Assembly (NCBI RefSeq): GCF_000485595.1
Contig: NW_014577069.1
Location: forward strand, 253,124 to 317,123
Length of the DNA stretch: 64,000 nt
Direction of reading: 5' to 3'
From: Priapulus caudatus
Lineage: Eukaryota
The translations under genes were made by a program, and so were the position numbers. The notes under the pieces are model-generated. The model searched no databases. It saw only the letters and a list, made by a program, of their open reading frames with translations, and was not told where the DNA came from. Positions 1 to 24,318 of this stretch are shown in pieces (position 1 is the first letter of the stretch; every line of letters begins with the position of its first letter).

Positions 1-981
1 ATCAGTAACGAATTCAGTTAACAGCTTTGGTTACGTGCGTGTCAGGTGTCACTGGTCGTGCCCTCACTCCCTACGATAATTAACCCCTGCGATATAAAAA
101 CTTATTGTTAATGCCCGAGCAAAAACTTGGTGGGCTCGGGCCTCAGGGGTCGGAACTAATTTCTAACGCTGCTGCACGGGAGCGATTTTTTCTCGTATCT
201 TCCAAAATTTTCGCTCTCGTAATTGATGTTACCAGAGCGCTTTGAAAGCTGACGGGAGCGAAATCGCTCGCCGCTCCCGTGTATTTTTTTCGCTGGTGTG
301 TGTGCATATATATTAGGGAGTAAGGTAACGCTATTGCGATCAATAGCATACACTACTGTGCGTTGATGCTACATCATCAATAATTATAATCATACCCCGT
401 GGTTAATCTAGATCTGCGGCTTAATGTGTTCGTGATATGTCAGACGCTTAACTTTGTTGAAACTCATATGCTAACGCTACTTCGGTTAGGACGTGGCTGT
501 AACCGTATTTAATTATTATTACGCTTTCGGTAAGAATTGATTGTATCATAATATAGATAGTCTATATGAAGAGCTAATAATACCTATAGGTATTATCAGC
601 TCTTGTTTTTATTATAGTCTATATTACAACATTCCTGATATCATCACGGGCAGTTATGCCGACGGTAACGTCGGCATCTGACATGACAGTAGCCGTTAGA
701 GGGGGGGGGGGCACGAAAGACAGCTGCCATCCCCACATTTTAGAGCAAAATAAAACAAACAAGCTTAGATAATAATTTCAAGTAACCAGAAAATAAATGT
801 AATAAATATAGGAACATAATTACAATTTGCGAAATTACAATTATAAATGACAAAAACACAAGTATTCCTTCAGCCAAACCCTATGCTACATGTGATTTAT
901 TTTAAGGAAAAAATTCCACCCAGTAAGAATTTGTTCAGCCTACGGCTCTGTCTGTCATGCACAGTTCATATGATATATCGC

Positions 982-1097
982 CAAGAGCTATATACCTATC
1001 AAGAGCTCATAATAGAGATCTCTATTATGAGATCTTGATACCTATATATACTATATATAATAATACCAATATACTAATAAGGTTTTATTAGCTCTTG
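982..1097. mobile_element. Micro-palindromic CA...TG element (outer copy, degenerate) carrying a nested copy
   Basis: Ends CAAGAGCTA...TAGCTCTTG; flanks ATATCGC / AAGTCGC match at 5 of 7 positions. Confidence 0.5.
1000..1037. mobile_element. 38-bp micro-palindromic element (P-element-like MITE)
   Basis: Near-perfect hairpin CAAGAGCTCATAATAGAGATCTCTATTATGAGATCTTG with an exact 8-bp TSD, ATACCTAT. Confidence 0.75.
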
Positions 1098-1549
1098 AAG
1101 TCGCCAACGATAATTATTATCAGTGCAGATTGCAGCGAATCGTAATGACACGAAGAGTGCATCAGGTAATAGCCGTACACTCAAGTGCAACCGACTTTAC
1201 AGTTGGCAACGACAAGCATTCAGCCGGATTATTAATAATGAATTTGAGACGGGTTTCATCGCAGTAAGGCTGTTGGTAATTCCGCTGAATTATGCGCCGG
1301 ATGCGTTATAGAACGTTGATGCTGTCAGTGGTAATGATTATAGCCTTATTAGACGAATAACACGACGCTCTTCACTCATAATACCACATGCCGTGACGAC
1401 CGATCGCACGCACGAGTGGATCACGAAATGTCCCATGCACCAATATAGACGCGCTACCTGCAAGAGCCCACCTTATTAATTTGAAAATAAAACGGGAGCT
1501 ATAATCGGATTAGGTCATCATGAGAAGTCACTGGTATCGCCCGGAAGAG

Positions 1550-1629
1550 AAAGTAGAATTAAACAGATATAGAAATAGAAATAGAACAGAATAGATCTAG
1601 AATAGAAGAGAAGAGAAGAGAAGAGAAGC

Positions 1630-1661
<32 letters not shown>

Positions 1662-1885
1662 GAGAGAGTAGAGGAGAATAAGAGAAGAGACGCGAAGAGA
1701 AGAGAAGAGAAGAGAAGAGAAGAGAAGAGAAGAGAAGAGAAGAAAAAAGAAGAGAAGAGAGGAGAAGAGAAGAGAAGAGAGGAGAAGAGTGGGAGAGAAG
1801 AGAAGAGAAGATAGGAGAAGGGAAGACAAGATAGGAGAATAAGAGAAGAGAAAGGAAGAGAAAAGAAGAAAAGAAAAGAGAAGTG
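1550..1885. repeat. Purine-rich (AGAAG/AG)n low-complexity tract
   Basis: Directly visible. Confidence 0.95.
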
Positions 1886-2050
1886 AAGACATGTAAAACC
1901 CTATGCTATACCTGTAAGGAAATCTGTTTGTCTGCCTACTCCATGGTTGTATTAAAACAGTCCGAAGAAATATGTAAATTGCTGTGATGCTGGCGGCTGT
2001 AGATACGTATGTCAGCGCGTAGGCGGGAAGGGTTTGCGCGACCGACTGGC

Positions 2051-2270
2051 TGCACGCACACGCACACGCACACGCACACGCACACGCACACGCACACGCA
2101 CACGCACACGCACACGCACACGCACACGCACACGCACACGCACACGCACACGCACACGCACACGCACACGCACACACACACACACACACGTACGCACGCA
2201 CGCACGCACGCACGCACGCGCACACACACACACGTGTGCACACACGCGCGTACACTCACGCGCGCGCACA
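2051..2270. repeat. (CACACG)n/(CA)n/(CACG)n compound microsatellite
   Basis: Directly visible. Confidence 0.97.
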
Positions 2271-2274
2271 CTAA

Positions 2275-2400
2275 AGCTGGGTTTACACTGCCAACTTTGT
2301 GTTGGCGAATTGGCGAATTGGACCAACTTCCCAACGCTCTATCAACCGTTCTATGAACTGTGCAGCGCCTTTACACTGACGGTTGCGAGTTGGCCAACTC
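2275..2400. mobile_element. PIF/Harbinger-like MITE left-end fragment
   Basis: TAA followed by AGCTGGGTTTACAC terminus, with an internal TTTACACTG repeat; no right TIR found. Confidence 0.4.
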
Positions 2401-2585
2401 GACCGCGAGCGTACGCGTGGGACGATGGATATAGACATTATTGCATGTATAAATTCTTGAGGTATCGCACGCACAGGCGCAAAGACTCGTGCACAGTCAC
2501 ACAGTTGGGATGCCACGCGGGCAGTAGATTACTGGAGGGGCTTCCCATTGGATTTGTCCATGCTCGTGATGCCGACCTCCTTCTC

Positions 2586-3195
2586 ATATGCACGTGCGCG
2601 TGTACGTGCGCGCACGCGTGTACCTTCCCCGTGTACAACAGGTGTACGTGAGTGTACGTATCTGCCGTACACAGATGCACATGACCGCACGCGTGCGCAC
2701 ACATACGTGTGCGTGCACGTACACGCATGTTCACGCGTGCGCGCACATACACGCATGCCCGCACGTACATGCGTGCGTGCGTATACACGCATGCGTCCAC
2801 GTACATGCATGCGCGCACGCACACGCGTGCATGTACGTACACGCGTGCGCGCACCATACACCGCGTGCGTGCACGTACAGCATGCGCGTCACATACACGC
2901 GTCGCGTGCACCTACACGCATGCGCGCACATTACATCGCGCTTACGTGCAACGTACACCATGCCTGGCGCCACATACACGCATCGTGCCAACGTACACGC
3001 GGTGCGCGCACGTACACCTGCGCTCGACGTTACACGCGTGCGCGCCATCACACCTACTGCCGCGACACGATACACGCGTGCGGTGCGTATACACGCATTG
3101 CGCGCACGTACACCGCGTGCGTGCACCGTACACTCTTGCGTGCAATAAACGCGTGCGTACTTACACACGCACTTGCAACGCGCACGCGTACAACG
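2586..3195. repeat. Degenerate alternating purine-pyrimidine tract (CA/CG/TG/TA mix)
   Basis: Directly visible; about 600 bp. Confidence 0.9.
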
Positions 3196-3524
3196 TCGCT
3201 AACATGTGTTGTATTGACATGTGTTGATATATATCTATGCATCAGCTAAACGCGCGAGAGGCGTGTTACTGGGTGATATGGCGCTAGGAATATACCTAGA
3301 ACGTACTCGATTTTTATCGCTTTATATGCTCGCATAGGAACATTCGTTAGAACAAAGCGGTTGAATCTTATATTGGCTAGCTATGAACTCCTGCATAATA
3401 TTCGGTAAAGGATGTATCAAAATAAGGTAAGTAAACTTTATAATTTTGCTGAAGCCGACACCATGGTTTTCCTTAATTTCACGCGTTGTACGCTCTGGGG
3501 TTAATGGGCTTCTTGGGATACAAT

Positions 3525-3708
3525 CAGGAGTAAGTATAATATAGGAACATTATATATATATAATAGATATATATATATATATAGAAATGATATAATGACT
3601 ATGATTATAGATATATAGATATAGATATCTATATATCGATATAGATATCGATATAGATATCTATCTATATATATATATATATATATATCCTATATTATCT
3701 TACTCATG
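3525..3708. mobile_element. Micro-palindromic CA...TG element with internal (AT)/(ATAG) expansion
   Basis: Ends CAGGAGTAAG(T)ATAATATAGGA / TCCTATATTATCTTACTCATG; exact 7-bp TSD ATACAAT. Confidence 0.75.
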
Positions 3709-3760
3709 ATACAATGTATATTATTTATGTCTGTTACAGATTTACCAGCCAAATTACAAT

Positions 3761-4070
3761 AGGTGCGTTCACACTGGCGCGAATTAGCTGGCTGCAAAAC
3801 CCGGTTTTTGCAGCCCGCTCGAAAAACTGAGCTTTTTACAAGTGTGAACGCAATTAGCTCACTAAATCGCGCTCCAAATAGCGCGCTCCAAAGACCACTT
3901 CAGACTGGGCTAATTTGGAATCAGCGCGCTTATTTGCACCGCGGCGTGATATTTCCACCACGGCGATTAGCGAGATATTCGCCTGTGCGAACAACGACAC
4001 AATTAGCTCACTATTATCTCCGCTATTAGCGGGCTGAGCAGCGCGGTTTTTCTTGTGTGTGAACGCGCCT
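3761..4070. mobile_element. PIF/Harbinger-like MITE (310 bp)
   Basis: TIR AGGTGCGTTCACAC / GTGTGAACGCGCCT (1 mismatch); 3-bp flanking duplication AAT. Confidence 0.75.
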
Positions 4071-4072
4071 AA

Positions 4073-4508
<436 letters not shown>

Positions 4509-6713
4509 CATTTTTCACGCAAACGCGTTTCGCTTTTATATTCGTATAAATGTTTTTCTTGGGCGCGGCGAGTGCCTTAAATTAACTTCAAATATCACAT
4601 TTCCTGTTCGCGCACGTTTAGTTATGACGCGCAAAATTGCATTGCCTCATCCATATCCATCCTCTTATTACATCTGTTCACTCATCTCCGATGCTCTACC
4701 CATTCACATTCTCCCCTCTACTCTACATATTCCGTCTACTATAGGCCTACTTAATTTACGTCTTCCATATCTTTCGATCTGCATAGCCTTTTTATCTGCT
4801 GTACTGTGATTGACCTCTTTTACCTCATCCATAATCTCCCACTCCTTCAGGCCCTATTCTCGCCTTCCTCAACCGGCTCTAACTTCTCCTACCATCTACC
4901 TTCTATATTACAGCCTGTTCTGCTAGCATCTATGACAAATACGACATTCGCATATACGCTCTCCTATGACACTATTTATTGTTGTATGTGTTGTGCGCAT
5001 CATAGGAGTTTAGGAGCGCTATTACGAACGCAAGCAGTGAATTTCAGCTGTAAAACGGAACGAAGTTGACCCGCCAATATTTGTCATAGGAAGAATCTTG
5101 GGGGAGGGGGTAACCCGCAACAATTTATGACAATGATTAAAATGATCTGCAGTGGCTCTTCTTCTGTAGCGTAGCGATAGTCGCATCAACTTATGAAAGC
5201 AATCACCATGACGAAGGGCTAATTTATGTGTGCATGTGACGTATATATTTATACTCAAAGCAAACAGTTCCTACTAAAAAACGCTAATGATGCCGTTTTA
5301 AAACCTTCAAATTTGAAATCCAAATGAAATTTGGAATGGAGTTGCAACTGTTGCATTGGAACCGAGTTTTAGATCCCTACAATTTGCAATGTGAGTAAAG
5401 CGACCACCCTACCTACCTCGGACACCTTCCTTCCCCTGTATCGAAAAATATCTGGTGTCCCCAAGGCATTCCCTGCGCACGCGTCATGGCGCAGTCGACG
5501 CTTCTAATACTAACAACGCGAAAAGACCAACAGTCATACAGTACAGCTGTACGGATAATTTAGAAACGTTTATTACTGGTTATATATAAAGATTCAATCA
5601 TTATATTCAAGTACATACAAACATACGAGTGAGCTTTTGAGATTATGGAATCAGTTGAGGAGACGTGTGGGCTCCCTCTAAAGCTGAACGCAACCCCAAC
5701 GCATATAATAAAAAACCTAACAGATATCCTCTTCCTGTACGAGAAAAAATACGGTCCAGTACTATAGGATCTCGATAACCGAAGCCTTTACATTTGATCT
5801 TCACCGCCGAAGCAAAGTTAAGGAGACGTGGTCACTTCAAGGTGTGGCTGGCCGCTCTGCTCCACGGACGTAAGAATTTACGTCCAAATTTACGTAAGAA
5901 CGGTCGAGCCGTGGGTCCACGACAGATAACGTGCTTACTGTCAGAAATGTCATTATTAGTGTATTAAACCAAGAGCGTATTAATTATTACTTAATACGCT
6001 TTTTAGTTAAACGGATCCGACCAAGATCCGACGAATCAAGGAGAAGGAGTGCGGTCACGTGCCCCCAACTCACGCGAACTGCAGAATGAGGATGTCGAGA
6101 AATACAAAATGGTCGAGTTTACTAACAAGGTAGTGTATGTGCTTATAGTAGACAGAAAGAGAAAACACGATACGGACTGCGCTGGCAGACTTACGGACGT
6201 ACAGACGTCGTCATACAGTAATCGGGAAAAACATTTCTGACGCAAGTAAAGTTAAACTATTCGACCCGTTGTCGAATATACAGCTTTCCATAAGAAACGC
6301 GGGCATTAGGTTACGTGGGTTGCCGAACTGCACACATCCCATGAGCATGTGCGTACAATACTGGCCAATCGTAATACCATGTCCACTTTCACGTACTGCG
6401 TGTCAAAACAACATTTTCCTGTTTTAATTGGTATATACAGCTGATGCTTCTTATCTACAAATAACAAAAAAAGTACGAATGCAAACAAGCAGCGAGTGAA
6501 ATGGTATTAAAAACGATACGGAATAATATATTAACAACGGCTTTCCTATTTAAAATGAGTAATTGTTTTAACTCGGCTTTGCGCTATCTCACTAAAATAA
6601 TATTCAGCGGCAACTCTAAGGCAATCCATGCAGGCAACGCCAACAGCCAAACCGCGTCAAGATTATATCGTACAATGTTCAACGCGTTACAATAACATCA
6701 CCCTAGCACTACC

Positions 6714-6885
6714 AACACCACCCACACTACCACCACCTCCACCATCTCTCCATCACTACCACTAACCGCATTCTCAGCATTATCAACATCCTTAACACCA
6801 CCCACACTATACCACCACCTCCACCATCTCTCCATCACTACCACTAACCGCATTCTCAGCATTATCAACATCCTTAACACCACCA
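6714..6885. repeat. Tandem duplication of about 80-82 bp in an ACC-rich tract
   Basis: CCCACACTA...CCTTAACACCA present at 6721 and 6801. Confidence 0.85.
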
Positions 6886-9800
6886 CCAACACATCCTCAT
6901 CATCACCACTAACACCAACAACTACAACAATCCCAGCAGGTGAGCGTAACACCCTCACTCGTACTTCGCACGTATTTTAATTATTGTTCGCGAGGGGGCA
7001 GCACGCACCCGTTCAGACGCCCTCCTACCGCCAGCATCGCGCCTATCGCGCTAATCTTTAATATTCAATAGCCGTGCGACATATAGAGCCTTTCCTGAGA
7101 GAGACCGCCATCTCATGGACGAAGACACGCTGGACAGTCACTCAGTCACGTCGCTGAGTAACACCGCAAAATACTTTGAAGCCACGTATCATTTTCGACA
7201 TCGCATAACATTGCTACATCGTGGTCCTGCCACAAACTAAACCCATACCACGGAAGCGAAACGCGCACGCAGGCAGGCACACGCGTACGCACGCCACGCA
7301 AAACCAAAATGTAACGTATCTGTTGCAAATGACATTCCACGAAACCGTCTATGCTGAAGCTACCGTACACAGCAGCAGCCTTCGCGCACATAACCTTTAT
7401 AATCATAATATAACCAATCACCAGACCCCCATGTAACTAGAACAAACGGTACGTTCCGTATCATCACAAGCAATGCCTATATCAACACGCAGGAACGGCT
7501 AGATCACGTAAATAAAACGACAACGAAGCGTCTTCACACTTATATTGGTCACACTTACAAAATAGGTTGCTGATATGTAGGCAGCGAGTGTAGGAGACAC
7601 ATTCAGACGCGATACACAGAGCTACCGACAACCGCCCGCTTAGAACAACACATAGTAGGAATACACCGCTATATCTCATCACCACTAACCAGCATTCATA
7701 AGATTTTCTAACTTTGTCTCATTTGGTTCCACGTGGTATTAGTAGAGCTAGAGGTGGCATGGATGAGATGGAGGGCGATGAGATCGTGTGAGTGCGGATG
7801 GGAGGTCACCGATGCCACGTACCGGTGTTTGCGGTGTAGTGCAGCGCTGGGAGCGGTTACTCATGCAGTGTGAAATCAGAATAACCGAACTTTCAAATAG
7901 ACTTCTAAAACGTTGGAAATATTAAAGGATACTAGAACTATACTAGCACAAAAAAAACTCTACTTATATACCGATTTTGATGAACTCCAACGCTACAGTT
8001 CGGAACGATTAAAAACTTCTAATGTGTTAATGATCCAATAGTTGGATTATTTAAATTAGATTAGATTTACGTTCTAAACAGGCGGAATCTATTGAATAGA
8101 ATGATAATTTATAGAAAAATTCCGATAAACTACCGACTGGGCGAGTTGTGATGAACGTAAATAAAGACAGGCGAATTGAATTACGAAAACCATCGGCAAC
8201 ACCGAAACCTTCAAATCACGTGAAGCCATCTCAGTGAGACAGGTACACACAGGTATGCATAGGTATAGGCTATGCAAATGAAGCCATGCAGATAACAAGG
8301 GTAAGGCCACGCAGGTGCGCATAGGTAGGATTTCTCGCTGGACCCATACAGATTATGCAGGTGAGCATTAATTAGCTCTACAGGTAGAAGCCGCTGCAGC
8401 TATTAGGCTACACAGTTACACACAAATAAAAGCTCCAAAGATGCAAACACGTGCGAATAGGTGAAGCGTGGTATGCGGGTTAACATAGGTGGCGCTACGT
8501 ACACGGGTACATACAAGTGTGGATGAACGTGTATGTGGGGTTTACCAGTGAGTTAAGCAGCCACTACGGGACACGAGTAGAACCGTTGGACTGGGGCCAA
8601 CCGAATTGCACTAAAGTTGGTTGTATTATCACAATCACATTCCAAATATTTATATACAAATATCTCCAAGAAAAATAAGCAACGGACAAGAATACGTACA
8701 TCCTGTTAACATGCGATGCGTCATCATCCTAAATACTAGAAAATGTATACCTGTCAACACACGTACAATGGTTTATATAAATTGGATTTTTACTACAAAA
8801 TTTACACAATCTGAAACCTGTTCATTCACGCTAGATGTAAAACTGTACCCTCGCGTAGATTTGTGCTGCCTGGGGGTGCTAACCGCCATCACCACCCCTA
8901 CAAGCATATGTGGCAGTAACTTGCCTAATACCATAAAGTCTATGGTAGTTGAAAGACGAATTAGTACACACGTCAGCATTATTTGGAAGCAATAATAACA
9001 ATAATTCGACTGAATTATAGCCTCTGCAAGAACACAATATACAATATAATATACCCACGATGGGACACTTTTACAATATCCCTAGATGCTTCGTTTAACC
9101 ACAGTCAATCATTATGTAGTTAGAATCTAGTTGTGCTATATAAACATATCAGCCTTGCAGAAAATAACCTGCAACACTGTTATCTGAAATAGAAGCAGTG
9201 TACTCGATTATAAAGCATCAACTCATCTAACCAATTCTTTCCTGATATATAGGCATCACATTTTACTTTAGATTTGTTTAGACAGCACCACACCATATAT
9301 AAAGAAAGAGACGCAGTAATCAGCATTACAACTGTTCACTACAAACATACACAGCACGCTTCGTACATCGTATTATAGAGTAACCATTCGATATTACTAA
9401 TTAGATATTCCAGACAGCTATTGGTGCCGAATATAGATACGTTCAGATTGTCATCCCGTTTACATTTTACAATCTTATTTGCGAGATACTAGGCCACTAT
9501 GCGTTGGCATCACAAACTAGTAATTGCGTCTTTGTCATGCTGATTTATGCGTTACTCTACATACAATCTCTATCGTAGTAGTCACCTCCCACTTCAACGG
9601 TTTTTGGTACCTTTCCACATTTAATTCTAACTGCCTTTCACTTCAAATATTCTTTGGTACCTTTTATCCTTTCATCTTCAACCTGGAAAATTACCTATAA
9701 CATGTATAACGCAATTGGCCAGAATTAATATTTGACTAGAGCCACCAGTGCTCAAATGTTTAAATTGTCCTACTAAATGCTTCTTCCCAAGTTCTGGAAT

Positions 9801-10343
9801 CAGGCTGTGCGTGTATTAGTCTTGCCCAACATAAATTTCCCACATATCGCCAGGAACTTTGGCGCAGAAAATCCTTTTCTCATCACGTCTTCTTATAGCA
9901 CTTCTCCCATTTGTTATATATTGCTTTTCATTATAATAAGTCCACCTTATTAATGCACGTGCAAGTGTTCTTACGTGTAACGATACGGGACCCCTACTGT
10001 AAGCGCAGACTTTAGATAACGTATAACTATCGATCATTCAGCGACCGCTATCGCAAAGAATTTTTACCCTGAATCTAGCGACGTGGTGCTGAGCGAAGAT
10101 GGCGAGGCACTCACGAATGAATAGATGGCTTCACCATGTACAGTTTTCACCCTGATGAAACCTAGCTCTGCAGAGACGCGGCTGGAAAACAAATCCTACA
10201 GCACCGGTCTCCTGGCCGACGGGAAAAGCCCCCGTTAGCCGCCGCCACATCCGAGTGCGCAGCCTCTCGTAACCTCTTCGCCATCACTAGCTGCCGGATG
10301 ACGGCAACCATGGTCCCGGTTCCACGCAATACCATAGTGGGTG

Positions 10344-21529
<11,186 letters not shown>

Positions 21530-21579
21530 TCACAAAAATAAAACACTCGTCAATAGACACACTTTACTTGGACATTCAG

Positions 21580-21680
21580 GTTCATTTCGATAACATGTCG
21601 GCCATCTTTGTTGTTGTCATCGACAGTAGTGTAAAGCATACTACCGCACGTAAACGAAGATGGCGTATGTGTGAGCCAGA
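21580..21680. promoter_or_regulatory. Probable PHAF1 promoter/5' region with two divergent YY1-like motifs
   Basis: AAGATGGCCG on the minus strand (21608-21599) and AAGATGGCG on the plus strand (21657-21665), about 80-150 bp upstream of the ATG. Confidence 0.45.
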
Positions 21681-22651
21681 GTTTTCATGCGCACGGTTAC
21701 AGACTATGTGGAGGCCGACTAAATTGAATATGCAGCTTGTATAATGTGCATGGAAGGGTTGTTCATAAATATATTTTCCAGAAAAAAATGGTATTTCGTT
21801 TGGCGTTTTCAAATGCAGATTTCAACGTATGTTGTAGCGTTGAGAAATTCTGGGAAAATTGGGTGTCTAACGATCATTTGAAATACAATAAAATAAGATT
21901 AGATAAATTAAGATTTTCATCTCAAACAACGTACCATAGTTAGTATATTTGATATTTCTCTCCCAAGCATATCTTTGACAAAATAAAAACTTTTCTTTCA
22001 TGACACGGCCGGAGTGCTATCCACNNNNNNNNNNNNNNNNNNNNNNNNNNNNNNNNNNNNNNNNNNNNNNNNNNNNNNNNNNNNNNNNNNNNNNNNNNNN
22101 NNNNNNNNNNNNNNNNNNNNNNNNNNNNNNNNNNNNNNNNNNNNNNNNNNNNNNNNNNNNNNNNNNNNNNNNNNNNNNNNNNNNNNNNNNNNNNNNNNNN
22201 NNNNNNNNNNNNNNNNNNNNNNNNNNNNNNNNNNNNNNNNNNNNNNNNNNNNNNNNNNNNNNNNNNNNNNNNNNNNNNNNNNNNNNNNNNNNNNNNNNNN
22301 NNNNNNNNNNNNNNNNNNNNNNNNNNNNNNNNNNNNNNNNNNNNNNNNNNNNNNNNNNNNNNNNNNNNNNNNNNNNNNNNNNNNNNNNNNNNNNNNNNNN
22401 NNNNNNNNNNNNNNNNNNNNNNNNNNNNNNNNNNNNNNNNNNNNNNNNNNNNNNNNNNNNNNNNNNNNNNNNNNNNNNNNNNNNNNNNNNNNNNNNNNNN
22501 NNNNNNNNNNNNNNNNNNNNNNNNNNNNNNNNNNNNNNNNNNNNNNNNNNNNNNNNNNNNNNNNNNNNNNNNNNNNNNNNNNNNNNNNNNNNNNNNNNNN
22601 NNNNNNNNNNNNNNNNNNNNNNNNNNNNATATATATATATATATACTGTGC

Positions 22652-23388
22652 CAGGCCCGTCGGAAGGAATTTTAAAGTGGTACGGTTTCAGTGGCGGTCT
22701 GGGGGTGAAACCCCGAGCGGGGTTCGAAGGGGCAGACAGGGTGTGTCCAGATTTTAGAAATTTGATTACGGGACAGGAAACGATGCGAGGGAGCGGAGCG
22801 ATCGAGCAGGGTGTGGGAGGGGGTATCCCCCTCCCTCGGTAAGAACTTTTTTTGAATTGGGGGTGCAAATCATGCAATTTAGCACACTTTAAAGTGATTT
22901 TTTTATTCTTTTATTGTACTGCAGAAAGGACAAATTACTCTTCATTAAATAGAAATTGAGGTCAAGCTGCTAACCCTAACCTATAAATAGGAGGTTTCAC
23001 GGTCAAGTGGCGAGCTTAATTTATCACTTTCTTGAAGATATTATTTTTAAGATTTGCGATTGGATGAAAACGTTTTGTGGCATATATGCTGTTCTTCAGT
23101 TTATGTGATAATGCGTTTCATAATAATGGAAAAAAGGCAAAGTCACTTCGATGTTCGCGGTCTTCCATTAAGCTGGTGATAAGCCTACGATCACCTATGA
23201 TCATGACATTTATCACCCTCCCGTTTTCTCTTCTTTTTTCTTCTCCCCCTCTCTCTCTCTCCTTTTCTCTTCTTTTTTCTACTCCCTCTCCATCTCTCTT
23301 TTTTTCTTTTCCTTTTTTCTTCTTCTTTTTTAGGCTGAAAAGTGGTACGGTCAATCCCGTACCAACAGTAGCGGCTCCGATGGGCCTG
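22652..23388. mobile_element. TIR element / MITE (737 bp)
   Basis: TIR CAGGCCCGTCGGA / TCCGATGGGCCTG (1 mismatch); subterminal motif AAAGTGGTACGGT near both ends; no clear TSD. Confidence 0.7.
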
Positions 23389-23479
23389 TACGTATATTAC
23401 ACGTATTATCCAACATGCCTGACAACAGAGGATTTAGCAACGTGGTCCGTTCGGACGTTTACCATTTTGTGAATCCACA

Positions 23480-24161
23480 TTGAATCGTTTTTTTTAATAT
23501 TACAATGCGTTTACTGGATATGATTATGAACAAAACAAGATTCTGCGAAAGTGTCTCCACCATCGAATCACTCCGACTGGTTTCTCGCTTCGTTTTCACT
23601 CGTCGAATCGTGCATCTTCTTCGCAAAGCCGTATTCTGTCAAATGCATCTCGTCAATTGATCCGACAATGTCTACGAGAGAATGAACGTAAAATTAAAGA
23701 CTGTGACGCCGAAATATTTTCTTCACTGCAATCTCTAAAAAGAACTTGTAAATCGAATATGTCGATTTTCCATCAAATTCGCCGAAGAATCCACTTTGCT
23801 AATAGTGATTGGTATGATCATTTAAACAAGAAGAAACATGCCAAACTCGATAAACTTTTATCGTCTAGACAAGAGCCTTAGAATCCAAATTATTACAACA
23901 AAAAGCTCGTGTGTGTTCCACCTGAACTCCCACTGAATGAATCTGAACGTGTCATCTTGGTTTTGGTTAGGTCTTGGTAAAGGTTTGAATTTTGTTCCAA
24001 TCAAACCTCAAATAGATCAGTACAATACCATGCGAGATGTGGAGAGTTTCTTCCGCCGCCTTCGCTTTAGAGCTCATTTTATGAAGTCTTACGCTGCTGA
24101 TGATGAGCTTGTTGACCAGAAATGTGGCAATCCTTTCCGCAAATACAAGACCCCTTCTACT
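23480..24161 (+). pseudogene. Decayed N-terminal ORF fragment of a Penelope-like retroelement
   Basis: Translates as ILRKCLHHRITPTGFSL...KKKHAKLDKL, then a stop, then ELPLNESERVIL, then a frameshift to GKGLNFVP...DVESFFRRLRFRAHF...KTPST. This is the LxKGLNFxP / FxRxLR pattern found upstream of the RT domain in Penelope-like elements. The RT core is absent. Confidence 0.75.
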
Positions 24162-24260
24162 CAGGGGCGCAAATCCACGGGGGGACAGGGGGACATGTCC
24201 CCTCTACGAATTTTCAGAGGAGGGACATCATATCAAATGTCCCCCCCCCACGATTTTGGA
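24162..24260. mobile_element. Left end of a CAGGGGCG-type MITE truncating the Penelope-like ORF
   Basis: CAGGGGCGCAAATCCACGGGGGGACAGGGGGACATGTCCCC begins exactly where the protein similarity stops; right end not found. Confidence 0.55.
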
Positions 24261-24287
24261 TCACCATGATTTTGCGTGTAATTGTGC

Positions 24288-24318
<31 letters not shown>

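Noticed and set aside
10150..10195. CTGATGA...GAAA hammerhead-like core
   Set aside because: I could not form the required flanking stems or find a cleavage-site helix.
22000..22877. ORFs spanning N-runs (also 44.7-46.0 kb and 61.8-62.7 kb)
   Set aside because: Artefacts of assembly gaps at 22025-22628, 44855-45219 and 61859-62546.
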